This document shows, one piece after another, positions 1 through 12,018 of a DNA stretch of 64,000 nucleotides. A program made the translations under genes and the position numbers. Source of the DNA: Octopus sinensis (Eukaryota); the NCBI RefSeq assembly GCF_006345805.1, contig NC_043003.1, forward strand, positions 78,802,001 to 78,866,000. The letters run 5' to 3'. Numbering within the stretch: position 1 is the first letter of the stretch; the number at the start of each line of letters is the position of its first letter. Below the pieces are notes generated by a model that had not been told where the DNA came from, ran no database searches, and was given only the letters and a program-made list of their open reading frames with translations.

Positions 1-236
1 ATTACTATTTATTTTTTCGAGACCAGAAGGATAAAAAAAAAAAGTAAAGTTTGGGCATTAGCCAAATACTTAAGAGATTATGAGCGCCCCCAAGAGGTCG
101 CCCCTAAATGGTTATTCGGTCTGCTACAACAACAGCCAAATCTCTCCCAGATCACATAAAAAACAAACGGAAAGATATTTTGGACAGTATAGTCCCAAAT
201 GCACTATGCTTGAGAAAAAACTGATCATAGATCATA

Positions 237-387
237 GGCGTAGGAATGGCTGTGGTAAGTAGCTTGCTTACGAACCACATAGTTCCGTGTTCAGTCCTAC
301 TGCGTGGCACGTGTCTTCTACTATAGCCCCGGGCCGACCAAAGCCTTGTGAGTGGATTTGGTAGACGGAAACTGAAAGAAGCCCATC

Positions 388-390
<3 letters not shown>
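237..390 (+). mobile_element. SINE family A, 5' half (tRNA-like head plus CORE-like segment), ending in (TA)n
   Basis: ggcgtaggaatggctgtggtaagtagcttgc...gttcagtcc...gtagacggaaactgaaagaagccc matches the copies at 10029, 17430, 46718 and 63745. Confidence 0.9.
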
Positions 391-431
<41 letters not shown>

Positions 432-434
<3 letters not shown>

Positions 435-880
435 GTGGGTGTGCCACGTCTTTTGACACCTTATCAAAAGCGCACCATGCTGATCACATTACAGGAAAAT
501 CTGACATTGTTTCAGGCAGATCCAGCTGGTTTCTTGAATGTTTCCTGAGCCAGGATGAGTGTTGGTTTCATAACTTTGGGCCAGAGACAAAGAGACAATC
601 CATGCAGTAGAAACACCCCTCCTCACCTACTCCAAGGAAGGGTAAAGTTGTTTCAGCTGCAAGAAAGATGATGATCTCAGTTTTGTAGGGATGCAAAAGG
701 CATTATGTCTATTGACTATCTTGAAAAAGGCCACACCATCAATAGAGAGTACTATGACAACTTGCTGAGGTAGTTACCAAGACCAAACGCTGAGGAAAAC
801 TGCCGAAAGAGGTCTTGTTCTATCAGGACAATGCTCCAGCATACAAGTCCTTAGTTTCAATGGATGCCGTGCGTAATTGT
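432..880 (+). pseudogene. Mariner transposase relic, catalytic region
   Basis: Frame-broken translation gives VPRLLTPYQK..QDECWFHNFGPETKRQSMQ..YLEKGHTINREYYDNLL..FYQDNAPAY, matching the mariner WVPHEL, DETW, YYxxLL and HDNARPH motifs; in-frame stops. Confidence 0.85.
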
Positions 881-2246
881 TGCTGATCTGCTCTTTGGCG
901 AGACACACTTCAGGTGTGAAGCTCAAGTCTCACAATACATAGACCCTGGATATTACTAGTCTGGGGTCTATGTCCTGTGATAAAACTCTACTCACTTTCA
1001 ACTCCTCAACAATCGGTGCCCTGCTGGCAGATGCCCCCTTATTACCTACTGTTGATAAATTGCAACTTTAGTTTTCTGGCAAGTTGGTGAATCGAAGTTT
1101 TAAATTGATTCGATTCGCGTATAAGAACTACGTTTCACTCTTCGAACAAAAAATTTTAATCAGACAATCAATAGAAAACTCAATTTTTTTTATCCTTGCT
1201 TCTCTATACTTCTAAAACCGCTAAAGATTGTCTTCCTTAAATTATGGTAACATTTAAAATGAAAACTAGTGTGGGTAGTTGTTAGTTTAGAAAGGAAGCT
1301 AGACTAGTGAAGGAGCCAAGCTAACAATAAGTTAGGCTAGTAAGACTTGTTAGTATAAACAGAAGAAGGATTGGGAAAGGTAAGTAAATATATGTGAAAT
1401 AATTAGTATTTCAGTGGACAAGGAGCATCTAGAATTAAATAGGCGATTTCACTGGTTGTCTTGTTTACTGTACTGCTGACAAAAGTGAATTGATGTAGCT
1501 GAGCAAATAACTATCAGAAGAGCGCATTTATTTAAACAGCTCATTGTTAATAACCAAAAAAAACGTCTAGTTACATTGAAAACCGCCTATTTTTCTCAAC
1601 ACAGAGATATCCGTCATCTCACATCCCACAGATTTCGAACGAATCTAAAGAAAAAAGAACTGAAACATTCATCTGAACTGTCATTGTACTTAGACTAACA
1701 ACATTTTTTTTAAAAATCGTTCCTAACACAACTATGAAAATATGAAAAAAAAGAAAAAAATTTTTAAAAGTCCCAAAACAACAAACGAAAAAATACTTCT
1801 ATCACTCCAAATAACAAAACGAATTAAGATCCATGAATCTAAAGAAGGCTCTCTCCACAAACCATTTCCTGTCTTTTGCATACAATCTTGTTGTTGGGTT
1901 GGTTAAATAGTTATGGATGCTTTTTTTTTTTTTTTTTTTTTTTTACTTTTGTGTTTGTGTTTCTATCGAGGCTATACAAAGCAATCTGTCTATATGTTAG
2001 TTGACCCATCATATTTGAAGTTGTAGTCTTTTATTTGTATTTGATAAAGTGCTGTTGAGTTTCTAAGAGAAACATAAATGAAAAATAAAAGCAATATTGA
2101 TAAAGCGTCAATTCATTCATTCAGATGGTATAGAAAACAAAAAAATGATAATAATTTGAAAGCAAGATGTCTAAATTGATATTGTTTCAGCATAAAATAA
2201 TTCCCGTCTTACAGCTTTTATCTATAAGATTGACAATTATGAACTA

Positions 2247-2714
2247 CAGTATTCCCTCACCATATCGCGGTTCACTTATCGCCCACTCAGTACATCGCAG
2301 ATTTTTCTGGGTAATATACTCATATTTGTATCGCGGACTCCTCAGTATATCGCAGGCTTCTGCGGCCGTAGGTATTTCTATTTTCTTAGATTTTAATTAT
2401 TTCTGTGGTAAAATAAGCATTTTCACGCCTAAAAATTAATAAGTTAGTTAATAAAAATAGAGTACAGTGCTACACTGTATAACACATTAATAAAAAATAT
2501 ATTAAAAGAAAATACATAGATGAGTAAACAAAGAATCACACATACTGTATGGAAAACGAAACTCGGGAGGCGAGTGTGTGGTGTTGATTTGCATTTATAA
2601 TAAAATATATACAAATTATATAAATGATAAAAAATATATATACAGTACAGTACTGTTTCTACTTCGCGGATTTTCACCTATCGCGGGAGGTTTTGAAACG
2701 TAACACCCGCGATA
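2247..2714. mobile_element. Non-autonomous Tigger/pogo-like DNA transposon
   Basis: TA followed by cagtattccctc..tatcgcgg at the left end; right end ttcgcggattttcacctatcgcgggaggttttgaaacgtaacacccgcgata resembles Tigger/MER2-type termini. Confidence 0.6.
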
Positions 2715-3064
2715 GTATATGCGAAGACGTTTCCATAGGGTCCCTTGACATGCTAAAATTAGCTACCAAGTTTTCTGAAAGCACGCCTTAAAAAAGGACC
2801 ATAATGGAGAACTAGAGAATGTACATCCACATACACAAACACGCAGGATAGTCGTGGTTTGAACGCATTTGATCACAGATCTGCTTGGCCAAAGTTGGGA
2901 CTACGACGATAACAATAACAACAACAACAACAACAACAATAGTTATAAACCCTTAATTTAATGCCAGACTTGAGATGTAAAAACCACGATACATTGAACT
3001 AATAACCTCGATCAAAATGGCGGACGGAGTGTAGTTGGTATTTCCTCAATTTTTTTTTTTACAC

Positions 3065-3270
3065 AAGGCGGCGTGTTTGCAGAATCGTTAACGCTTTGAG
3101 CAAATTGCTTAGCGGCATTTCTTCAGCCTCTTTAGGTTCTGAGTTAAAATTCTACCGCAGTCGACTTTGCCTTTTACTCTTCCGAGGTCGATAAAATAAA
3201 GTTGGGCACTGGGGTCGATGCAGCCTACTTACCCCCACTTCTCTCCAGATTGCTGGCCGTGAGCCGAAAT
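3065..3270 (+). mobile_element. SINE family B, diverged copy
   Basis: aaggcggcg..gcagaatcgtta..gtcgactttgcctttt..ccgaggtcgataaaataa..cactggggtcgatg aligns to the young B copies. Confidence 0.8.
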
Positions 3271-3335
3271 TTGAAATCATTGATTCTTTTATACACCTTA
3301 CGAAACTACAGTAAATTATTACTACAGGATATCAT

Positions 3336-3386
<51 letters not shown>

Positions 3387-3710
3387 GCCATGTGTTGAGA
3401 GGGATTCTTTGGGGTTTGAATAATTCGCCTCTGGAAACATGGGTGGTTCTTTCAACATCCTTAAACAACCCTTATTCAGGGACCTTTTGAGCGGGATGGG
3501 CTACTCAACCTGAAGAAAATTCTAACTGGGCCCCACCTGCAAGGTCATGTGCTGTTTATCTTGATATGAGATCACCATGTCGCGCACATATGGTTGTGAT
3601 GCATGTGCCCGGCGTACCCTTATCAGACGTGTAGTCATGATGGGTATATTGGGCTTCGTATATTTTACCCCAGTGTCACTTTGATGGCATGAACTGCTCT
3701 CTCATTCAAT
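3387..3710 (+). repeat. Dispersed repeat with (AAT)n tail, probably a retroposon 3' end
   Basis: ccatgtgttgag.ggattctttggggtttgaataa also occurs at ~41429-41463; ends in an aataat run. Confidence 0.55.
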
Positions 3711-3733
3711 AATAATAATAATAATAATAATGT

Positions 3734-3789
<56 letters not shown>

Positions 3790-3901
3790 GAAAATGTTGT
3801 GAGTGGAAGGTGTCAATGCTCTCATCGCTTAAATTTGATAGTACGTTCTAGCTTCATTAATTATTTTTATTAGGTCTAGAATGACCTGGGAACTGAATCT
3901 A

Positions 3902-4475
3902 TTGGATCATCCCATAAATAATGCGGTTTTTTCAACTGCATGAACTAAAAGTCGGAGAGGTACAGGATAAACTACCTGCATCAACTAGCTATAAAAGCAG
4001 GTCGTAATTTTACCTAGTATTTATTCTGAATGCAAGTCCGATTTTAACAGTTATTTTTTCAAAGCTATATTGGAAGTGACAAAGGAGCATATTCAGCATA
4101 TTTTGCTTTCAATAAAGGCAACAACGCAACGAAAAGTGCGAAGAATATTAATGCAGTACATGGGAATCGGATAATAAGCGTACGCCAGTGTCAACAGTGG
4201 TTCCAGAAATTCCGAGCCGGAAGCTACAGCCTAGAGGACGAGCCTTGTCCTGGAATACCTGTAGAGCTCGACGAAGACGTTCTGCAAACCTTGGCGGAAC
4301 AAAATCCCATCGTAGCTGTCGAGGAACTAGCAGAGAAGTTTGGATTTGGTCATTCAACCATTCATCGACACATGCGTGCCATCAGAAAAGTCAGCAAATC
4401 GGGTCAATTTGCATTTCAATTTCAAATCTCATCGCCCTTCTCGTGACGGATCGAGTAACAAGCTCTTCAGGAACA
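3902..4475 (+). mobile_element. Mariner relic: 5' TIR and N-terminal HTH transposase region
   Basis: TA+ttggatcatcccataaataatgcgg terminus; frameshifted translation EVTKEHIQHILL..NKGNNATKSAKNINAVHG..QCQQWFQKFRAGSYSLEDEP..ELAEKFGFGHSTIHRHM. Confidence 0.85.
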
Positions 4476-5237
4476 TGTGGATTAAAGCAACATCTTAGTC
4501 GCATCACTGTCAAAATGCATACAGCTTGCACTGAAGTAAGATAAACACCAAATGAGAAACAATGTCTAGTAATGTTACGCTAACTACTTTAGTGTTCAAC
4601 AGTTTCAGTAAACTTCCAGTCATTTTTAATAACAATAAAGAATTTAATGAGCCAGCGAGTGGGGCCTCTCCGTGGTAGTTCAACCAGCTAGAAATAGCAA
4701 ACAAATTTTCTAAAAAGAGTAAATGAAAGGAAATGTTTCATATCGTAAGGAAAAAAATCAAGTGTTTAGTATAAGCAGTGAAAGGTAAGACAAAATAATT
4801 GCTATGCCGTCGTGCAGTGCCTTCGCCCTCGTCTCACGCTCAGTTTGATAACAACAGCCTGCACATTGGTATGTGCATATTCACTATACTTCCTCTGTTT
4901 CTGCACCTCACCCTCCTCTATGTCTTCTTACCTCTAACTGTCCTCCTGCCTTTAAACGCGTTATATTTCTCTTGCTTCTCAGCGCTATCAATCTCCTCTC
5001 ACTCTCACACCTTGTTAATTCCTCCTCTTTGCCGCTTTGCTTCTCACTTCAGCTATACTTCCTCTGCTTCTGTCTCTCCCGCTTTGCCATTCTCTTCAAC
5101 TATGTCTCCTTTGCTCAACACCTTTTATTTCTCTAGTACTTTGCACCTTTTCCTTCAACATTTTTACCTCCTTTGAAGTAAGTGTGACACACACCACAGG
5201 TACGTACAAAAACAAACAAAAAAAAATAGCGTATTAA

Positions 5238-5462
5238 TATTATTGATAACAAAGTTCAGAAAATATAAAGATTTGCTAATCGAAAAGATGTGGCATCTCA
5301 AGACGGTTAAAATACCAATGATTGCTAGAGCACTTGGAATGATAAAAAAAAGGAACTGAAAATTATCTGAGAATGATCCCTGTCTTACCATCCATGCAGG
5401 AAGTGCAAAATATTGATTTAACTGGTTCGTCACACGTACTGAGAAGAGCATTGTCGCTGTGA
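5238..5462 (+). pseudogene. R4/Dong-type (RLE endonuclease) LINE, C-terminal fragment
   Basis: KYKDLLIEKMWHLKTVKIPMIARALGMIKK.GTENYL..QEVQNIDLTGSSHVLRRALSL*, a typical R4-clade C-terminus. Confidence 0.7.
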
Positions 5463-5711
5463 ATTTTCTTTCCTTTCCCCTCTTTATTTTCTTTGTTTAT
5501 TTTTATTTTTTATCTTTTCCTTTTTCTCTGAAACTTTCTTCGCCTTTTTCTCCATCATGTGACTTTGTAAATGAACAATCTGGTGTGTTTATTTTAATGG
5601 CCTACCAATGTATACATTTCTCTTCCTTGGTTGTCAGGAAGACACTCGGCAAGAAATGGAAACAGAATTCAAAGGAGATGATGATAATAATGATAATTAT
5701 TATTATTTCTA

Positions 5712-5907
5712 CTCTAGACATAAGGCTTTGAAAATGTTGTGGGGAAGGAGCTAGTCGATTACATCGACCCAAGTGCGTAACTTGTACTTATACCATCGAT
5801 CCCGAAAGGATGAAAGGCAAAATCGACCGCGGCGGAATTTGAACTCAGACGAAATACCGCTAAGCATTTCGCCCGGCGTGCTAACGATCCTTCCAGTTCA
5901 GCGCCTT
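5712..5907 (-). mobile_element. SINE family B, short-tail variant
   Basis: Reverse complement of the B consensus (cccgaaaggatgaaaggcaaa..ggcggaatttgaactcag..gctaagcatttcgcccggcgtgctaacg). Confidence 0.85.
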
Positions 5908-5947
5908 AATAATAATGATGATAATGATGATGATGATGATGATGATG

Positions 5948-5981
<34 letters not shown>

Positions 5982-6001
5982 TAATAATAATAACAATAAT
6001 A

Positions 6002-6205
6002 GTGATTTCAAATTTTGGGCACAAGGCCAACAAGTTAGGGGTAAGTCGATTACATCGACCCCAGTGCTCAACTGATTTTATCGACTTATTTTATCGACTC
6101 CGAAAGGATACGAGGCAAACCCTACCTCGGCGGTATTTGAACCCAGAACGTAAAGACGAGTGAAATACCACTAAGCATTTTTGTCAGACGTGCTAACGAT
6201 TCTCT
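6002..6205 (-). mobile_element. SINE family B, diverged copy
   Basis: Same reverse-complement B motifs, separated from the previous copy by (AAT/GAT)n. Confidence 0.8.
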
Positions 6206-6701
6206 GAAAAACGGTTTCTTCACTCTGCACGCTTCTCAGACAGGCGCTTGACCCAGCCAAGCCTCCCTCAATCACACCAATATCGTACGTTGATACAAGG
6301 ATAGATATTAGTTGGGAAGTTATTTATTTTGTTTGTTTATTTTATCCCAAGCAAGACCATGCTGGAGCCCTCCATTAGGTGAAGGTGAAATTGAATTATT
6401 TGATTGATAGACCTGGCATTTCTGCCCATCGATTTGGCCATTTCCTTTTACGACTAACGAGAGGAATTTTGAGTAATTCATACAATTGTCCACTTGCTAG
6501 ATGATGTAAAGTCACAGGCCTGAAAGTAGACTTTCAGTTGACACATCACCTCATGCCCTCTGCTCACCCTTTCAACTAATGATCGAACGAACGTAGAAAT
6601 TGCAAAGGTTCACCCAAGACTTATTGACATTCAGTGACAGGAATCGAAATTGTGGGAGTAAATCTGAAGGCTTAGTTAAAACACACACACACACACATAC
6701 A

Positions 6702-6741
<40 letters not shown>

Positions 6742-6780
6742 TCAATACCATACACACACACTCACTCGCTCACATGCACA

Positions 6781-7164
6781 TGGAAGCACGCCGTCGGTTA
6801 CGACGACGAGGTTCCGATTGATCCGAATCAACGGAACAGCCTGCTCGTGAAATTAACGTGTAAGTGGCTGAGCACTCCACAGACACGTGTACCCTTAACG
6901 TAGTTCTCGGGGATATTCAGCGTGACACAGAGAGTGACAAGGCCGGCCCTTTGAAATACAGGTACAACAGAAACAGGAAGTAAGAGTGCGAGAAAGTTGT
7001 AGTGAAAGAGTACAGCAGGGATCACCACCATCCCCTGCCGGAGCCTCGTGGAGCTTTAGGTGTTTTCGCTCAATAAACACTCACAACGCCCGGTCTGGGA
7101 ATCGAAACCGCGATCCTATGACCGCGAGTCCACTGCCCTAACCACTGGGCCATTGCGCCTCCTC
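6781..7164 (-). mobile_element. SINE family C, full length, young (tRNA-Arg-like head, stem-loop tail)
   Basis: Near-identical reverse complement of 19290-19674; flanked by catgcaca on both sides (probable TSD). Confidence 0.92.
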
Positions 7165-7231
7165 TCATGCACATATTCACTCATACACACACACACTCAT
7201 ACACTCACAGACACATACATACACACACACA

Positions 7232-7276
<45 letters not shown>

Positions 7277-7309
7277 GTTGCATAGTACTATATAATGGTG
7301 AACAGTATA

Positions 7310-7542
7310 TGTTTCTTTATTACCCACAAGGGGCTAAACATAGAGGGGACAAACAAGGACAGACAAACGAATTAAGTCGATTACATCGACCCCAGTGCGT
7401 AACTGGAACTTAATTTATCGACCCCGAAGGGATGAAAGGCAAAGTCGACCTCGGCGGAATTTGAACTCAGAACGTAACGGCAGACGAAATACGACTACGC
7501 ATTTCGCCTGGCGTGCTAGCGGTTCTGCCAGCTCGCCGCCTT
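7310..7542 (-). mobile_element. SINE family B, full length, long-tail variant, 17-bp TSD
   Basis: Flanks taatggtgaacagtata (7293-7309) and taatggtgagcagtata (7547-7563), 16/17 identical. Confidence 0.92.
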
Positions 7543-9559
7543 ACTGTAATGGTGAGCAGTATAACTGTAACGAAGTATCTATTTATATATAATTTTTATT
7601 TAGCATATAACATAACTGCCGATAATAGAATACAAGCTAATTACTCTGTTTCGACTGTTTTTACAAGAAAAGCTCTAGATTTAGACATTTGCTTAATGTA
7701 TTGTGATTTTACGGTCCCAACAGAACTTCTTAAGTGTGGCATTTAGCTCCGTTTTAATGGTGTTAATCAAATGAAAGAAATATCTTTGCAGCTAATATTC
7801 CCAGATGATCCGGTACCTATTTAAATTATTTAACGTTTAAAGCAAATTCCATATTTTTAAGTCAACAAATATTCATTGCTGTAAATTTTTTACAGTGCTA
7901 TTATTTCGCCACTAAATAAACAGGTTATGTTGAAGCTATACTTTACATAGATGATGCAAAAACGTGCAAACTTGTCTTGATTAATATAGTATTTTGATTT
8001 CTTTTTGTGGTCCTATCGCATAATCATTTTCTCCTAATCAAAATCCATTGGCTATGGATGTATAACAAGGAACATAACATTCTTCTCCCTCTCATGATCA
8101 TGAAACAGCCTCGTGTTTTTTCACTGTGTATTCCTCTATGTTGTTCAACCATCCATTTCGTTGGATACCTATACTTTTGTATCTACCGAGGGTTTGTCCA
8201 TGCTTTATGATATTCATTAGAATTAGGCTGTCTTAAAAATCGTATAACAGAGTCAAACATTTTCTTCCTTTTGACAATTAACAAAAAGGTTTCGTCGTTC
8301 GCAGTTTTCCCAACAGAACATACCTTATGCAATTGTATATCCCACCACCATTTTGTTTCTTCACAACAATCAGAAAAATAGGTACTTTTTAATAACAAAT
8401 TTCTACAAATAATTTTTAGATGAATGATATTGATTATGATTATACCGGAATTTAACGCGAAAAAAAAATATGGTGGACGTGCATCATACACACTGGCGCA
8501 CATCACATATATGGCTATAAAATGAAACTTGAAATTCTAAAGCAGTTATGTAATGTGTGCCAGTAAATATAAGTGCGCGACTACCATTTTCTTTTTTACA
8601 TTAAATTCCCCTATAATAGGATTGTACAAGATCTGTAAGATGTTTGTAGAAAATTTCATTTTAGTATATCCATTTTTTTAAAGTTATGAGGAAACAAAGT
8701 CGAGGAGGTGTGGTACTTTCGTAGATATACTCAATTACTTCCTAAACGTCCGAGTTACATCGGTGTTTTGTACATGGAATAAGGAATATCTTCCATCTTG
8801 TTTTTCACTTTCAGTATTTCAGTATTGGGAAAAACTAATTTAACAAAAATATATTTATTTCTATCAGATGCAGAAATAAGGAATTTAGACGTTGGAACAG
8901 AATACATTGTGATGTAGTCAGTAATTGCTCTTTGGCTGATGGTCATATGATGATGGGTTAGCAGAGATATATCCCCCGCCTCTAGAGGATGTGTAATAAC
9001 TCCCAAATTGCAATTAAGACGGGTGCCATATGAGAAGGAAAGATAATCCCAAGAATTAAGAATTCTTCATAGTTGATATGCCTTTAACGAAAAGAACAGG
9101 ATTTTTGTCTGGAGATAAGGGTACAGTCATAGACGCGTGTTTTTGCCTCAGTAAGCGTCATCAGCGCGCAAATTGTCCAACCTTATCGCAAGCAATCAAG
9201 GGACTTAGACTTATAAAAACAAAAAGAGCAGAACACATTTACGGCCTTGGTAATTTGCATAATTTGAAGAAAAATGAACTGAGAGAAATAATTCAAAATG
9301 CACAGTGACATGTATATGAACAATATAATCTTATTGTCTAGAGGCGAAGATAATCTTAACGAATCAAGAATTTCTGTTGTATGGTATTTGATATAATCTG
9401 TATATTATTTACATTATTTACATTTGACGGACATTCGAACTGAACACAATGATGACATTTAGTAGAGATGACCCGGAAGTTGTTCCTCTTTGATTACTAT
9501 CGCAAACAGCAGTAGCTTTCTTCAACTGAATACATGTCGTTGATTGGTTAAAATTAGTT

Positions 9560-9700
9560 GAAATTTGCAGAAAAAGAAAAGACGAAGACAGGTGTATAAA
9601 CATCAAACAGGTGTATAAGTTTAACGCTCGGGAAGGTGAGAAAGTCTTTTACGTTTCGGCCCACGCCCTTCAGCAGAAAGGAATACGAGGAAATAAACAG
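9560..9700 (-). mobile_element. Family F short repeat (PLE terminal-repeat derivative) with hammerhead-like motif
   Basis: Reverse complement ctttctgctgaagggcgtgggccgaaacgtaaaagactttctcac..tatacacctgtcttcgtcttt matches 17185-17365, 33093-33285 and 38093-38277. Confidence 0.75.
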
Positions 9701-9899
9701 AACAAAAAAAACAAAAAAACAGAATAAACAGAATTAAAAAAAACTTTTGGAGCTAGCGTACCGAAATAGGACAACTTTAACACGAAATTTTGTCAAAAAT
9801 GTTGAAGTGAACCGTGTTCAGCATGAGATATTACACCAGTATACGAAGTTTCAAACTTTGGTTAAAAATTTTTTTTTTATTTGTAAGCAATACTGAACA

Positions 9900-10025
9900 G
9901 ATCCCACAAGACTTTGGTCGGCCCGAGGATATAGTGAAACACACTTGCCCACAGTGCTAGGCAGCAGGACTGAGCCCGGAACCATGTGGTTGGGAAGCAA
10001 GTTTCTTATCACGTAGCCAAACTAT
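9900..10025 (-). mobile_element. SINE family A head, diverged, head-to-head with the next copy
   Basis: ggtcggcccgagg..cacttgccca..ggactgagcccggaaccatgtggttg is the reverse complement of the A head. Confidence 0.8.
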
Positions 10026-10028
10026 GCA

Positions 10029-10454
10029 GGCGTTGGAGTGGCTGTGTGGTAAGTAGCTTGCTTACGAACCACATGGTTTCGGGTTCAGTCCCACTGCGTG
10101 GCACCTTGGGCGAGTGTTTTCTTCTATAGCCTCGGGCTGACCAAAGCCTTGTGGGTGGATTTGGTAGACGGAAACTGAAAGAAGCCCGTCGTATATATGT
10201 GTATATATATATATATAAATGTGTGTGTGTGTGTGTATGCGTGTGCGTATATGTTTGTGTGTCTGTGTTTGGCTCCCCAACATCGCTTAACAACCTATGC
10301 TGGTATGTTTACGTCCCCGTAACTTAGCGGTTCGGCAAAAAGACCGATAGAATAAGTACTAGGCTTCCAAAGAATAAGTCCTGGGGTCGATTTGCTCGAC
10401 TAAAGGCGGTGCTCCAGCATGGACACAGTCAAATGACAGAAACAAGTAAAAGAG

Positions 10455-10455
<1 letters not shown>
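10029..10455 (+). mobile_element. SINE family A, full length, with internal (TA/TG)n
   Basis: A-box-like tggctgtgtggtaag, B-box-like ggttcagtccc, internal microsatellite, tail cagtcaaatgacagaaacaagtaaaagag. Confidence 0.92.
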
Positions 10456-10509
<54 letters not shown>

Positions 10510-11078
10510 GTGTATGAATATATATATGTGTATATATATACATATATATGAGGTGTGCGTGTGTGTATGTATGCAAGCATATATGTATGTATGTATATAT
10601 GTATGTAATTGGCTGTGTGTGTGTATGCAACCATGCATGTATGTATGTATTTGTATGTATGTGTGTGTGTGTGTGCGCGCGTTATGCTTGCATGTCTGTG
10701 TTTTCTGTCTGTCTGTCTATCAATCTATACGTGCGTGTGCGTGAGAAAGAAAGAGAGAGAAAGAGATAGATAGATAGACAGACTCAATAGTAATGCTTAC
10801 GTTTCTATAATACATAGGTGTTACCCTTCCTCTCCCTCTTTACTCTTGGTCTATTTATTTATTATTATTATTGTCATTATTATTATTATTAGTATTTGGG
10901 TTAGGGTGTACTTGTGAAGTGGTTATACGTTTCAAGCGCCATATACAACATTGCACTCTATACCTGTCTTACCCATTCTCACCCTCCTCACGAAACCACA
11001 TCCACCCCAGCTGATAGATGTATGTATGTGTGTATGTGTGTGTGTGTGTGTGTGTGTGTTTGCATGTATTCTCCTTAG

Positions 11079-11156
11079 CTACCCCGGGTGGAGGTCACGC
11101 CGGCGCCAGCAAGACGGCTGCTTTTGCGGCAAGTCACACACCTGGCCGACCAACAG
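11079..11156 (+). CDS. Candidate isolated internal exon (78 bp) of an unidentified gene
   Basis: Acceptor tattctccttAG (11077-78), donor CAG|GTGGGT (11157); GC-rich non-repeat island; length a multiple of 3; all three frames open, so frame and product are unknown. Confidence 0.45.
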
Positions 11157-11299
11157 GTGGGTGAAGGTGAAACACTGAGGCAAGGATGAGGGCGGGTAGA
11201 TGCGTAGACGGGGGGGGGGGTAGAGAGGTGGTGGATGGGAGGGTGGAGGATCAAAAGAAGGGGAATGTTTCAGCGGGTGTGGGTGGTTACTAAACATAA

Positions 11300-11981
11300 A
11301 CAAACAGGAAAACTAATATATAACTAAATTTAAAAAAAAAACAAGTAAAAAAAAACAAAACAAGAAAACTACTGAGCAAGATGACTGATTGATTAAGACG
11401 GCTGTGGTGGTGATGGTGGTGGTGGGGGGGGGGGACGGAGGTGTCGGGGGGAAAAAGTGGTAGCGGTGCGGAGGTGGTTGTAGTTGTGACGGTGTTGGTG
11501 GTAGTGTAGGTTGTGTGTGTGTGTGTTTGGGGGTAATGGTTGTCATTGTGGCGGTAGTGTTAGTTGTATGTGTGTGGGAGTCGATTGTTGTTGTTGCGGT
11601 GGTGGTGGTGGTGTCGGTGGTAGTGGTGATAATAGTTATAGCGGTGATTATGTTGGTGATAATTGTGGGAGTGCTGATAGAGGTGATAGTGATAGAAGTT
11701 TACTACTACTACTACTACTCTACTACTACTACTACACTACTACTACTACCGCTAGTAGTAGTAGTGGTAGTAGTAGTAATAGTAGTAACAGTAGAAGTAG
11801 TAGTAGTAGTAATAGTCTAGTAGTATTAAGTTGTAGTAGTAGTACTAGTAGTAGTAGAAGCAGTAGAAGTAGTATTAAGTAGTAGTACTAGTAATTGTAG
11901 TAGTAGTAGTAGAAGCAGTAGAAGTAGTAGCAGTAATAGTTTAGTAGTATTAGATAGTGTAGTAGTTGTAGTAGTAGTAGT

Positions 11982-12018
<37 letters not shown>

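Noticed and set aside
938-972. 13-bp stem hairpin catagaccc..ggggtctatg
   Set aside because: Isolated and short, with no second copy in the window or other support.
7560-9400. Unique AT-rich stretch with several 70-110 aa ORFs
   Set aside because: No recognisable motif or consistent exon structure; parts resemble decayed DNA-transposon ends.
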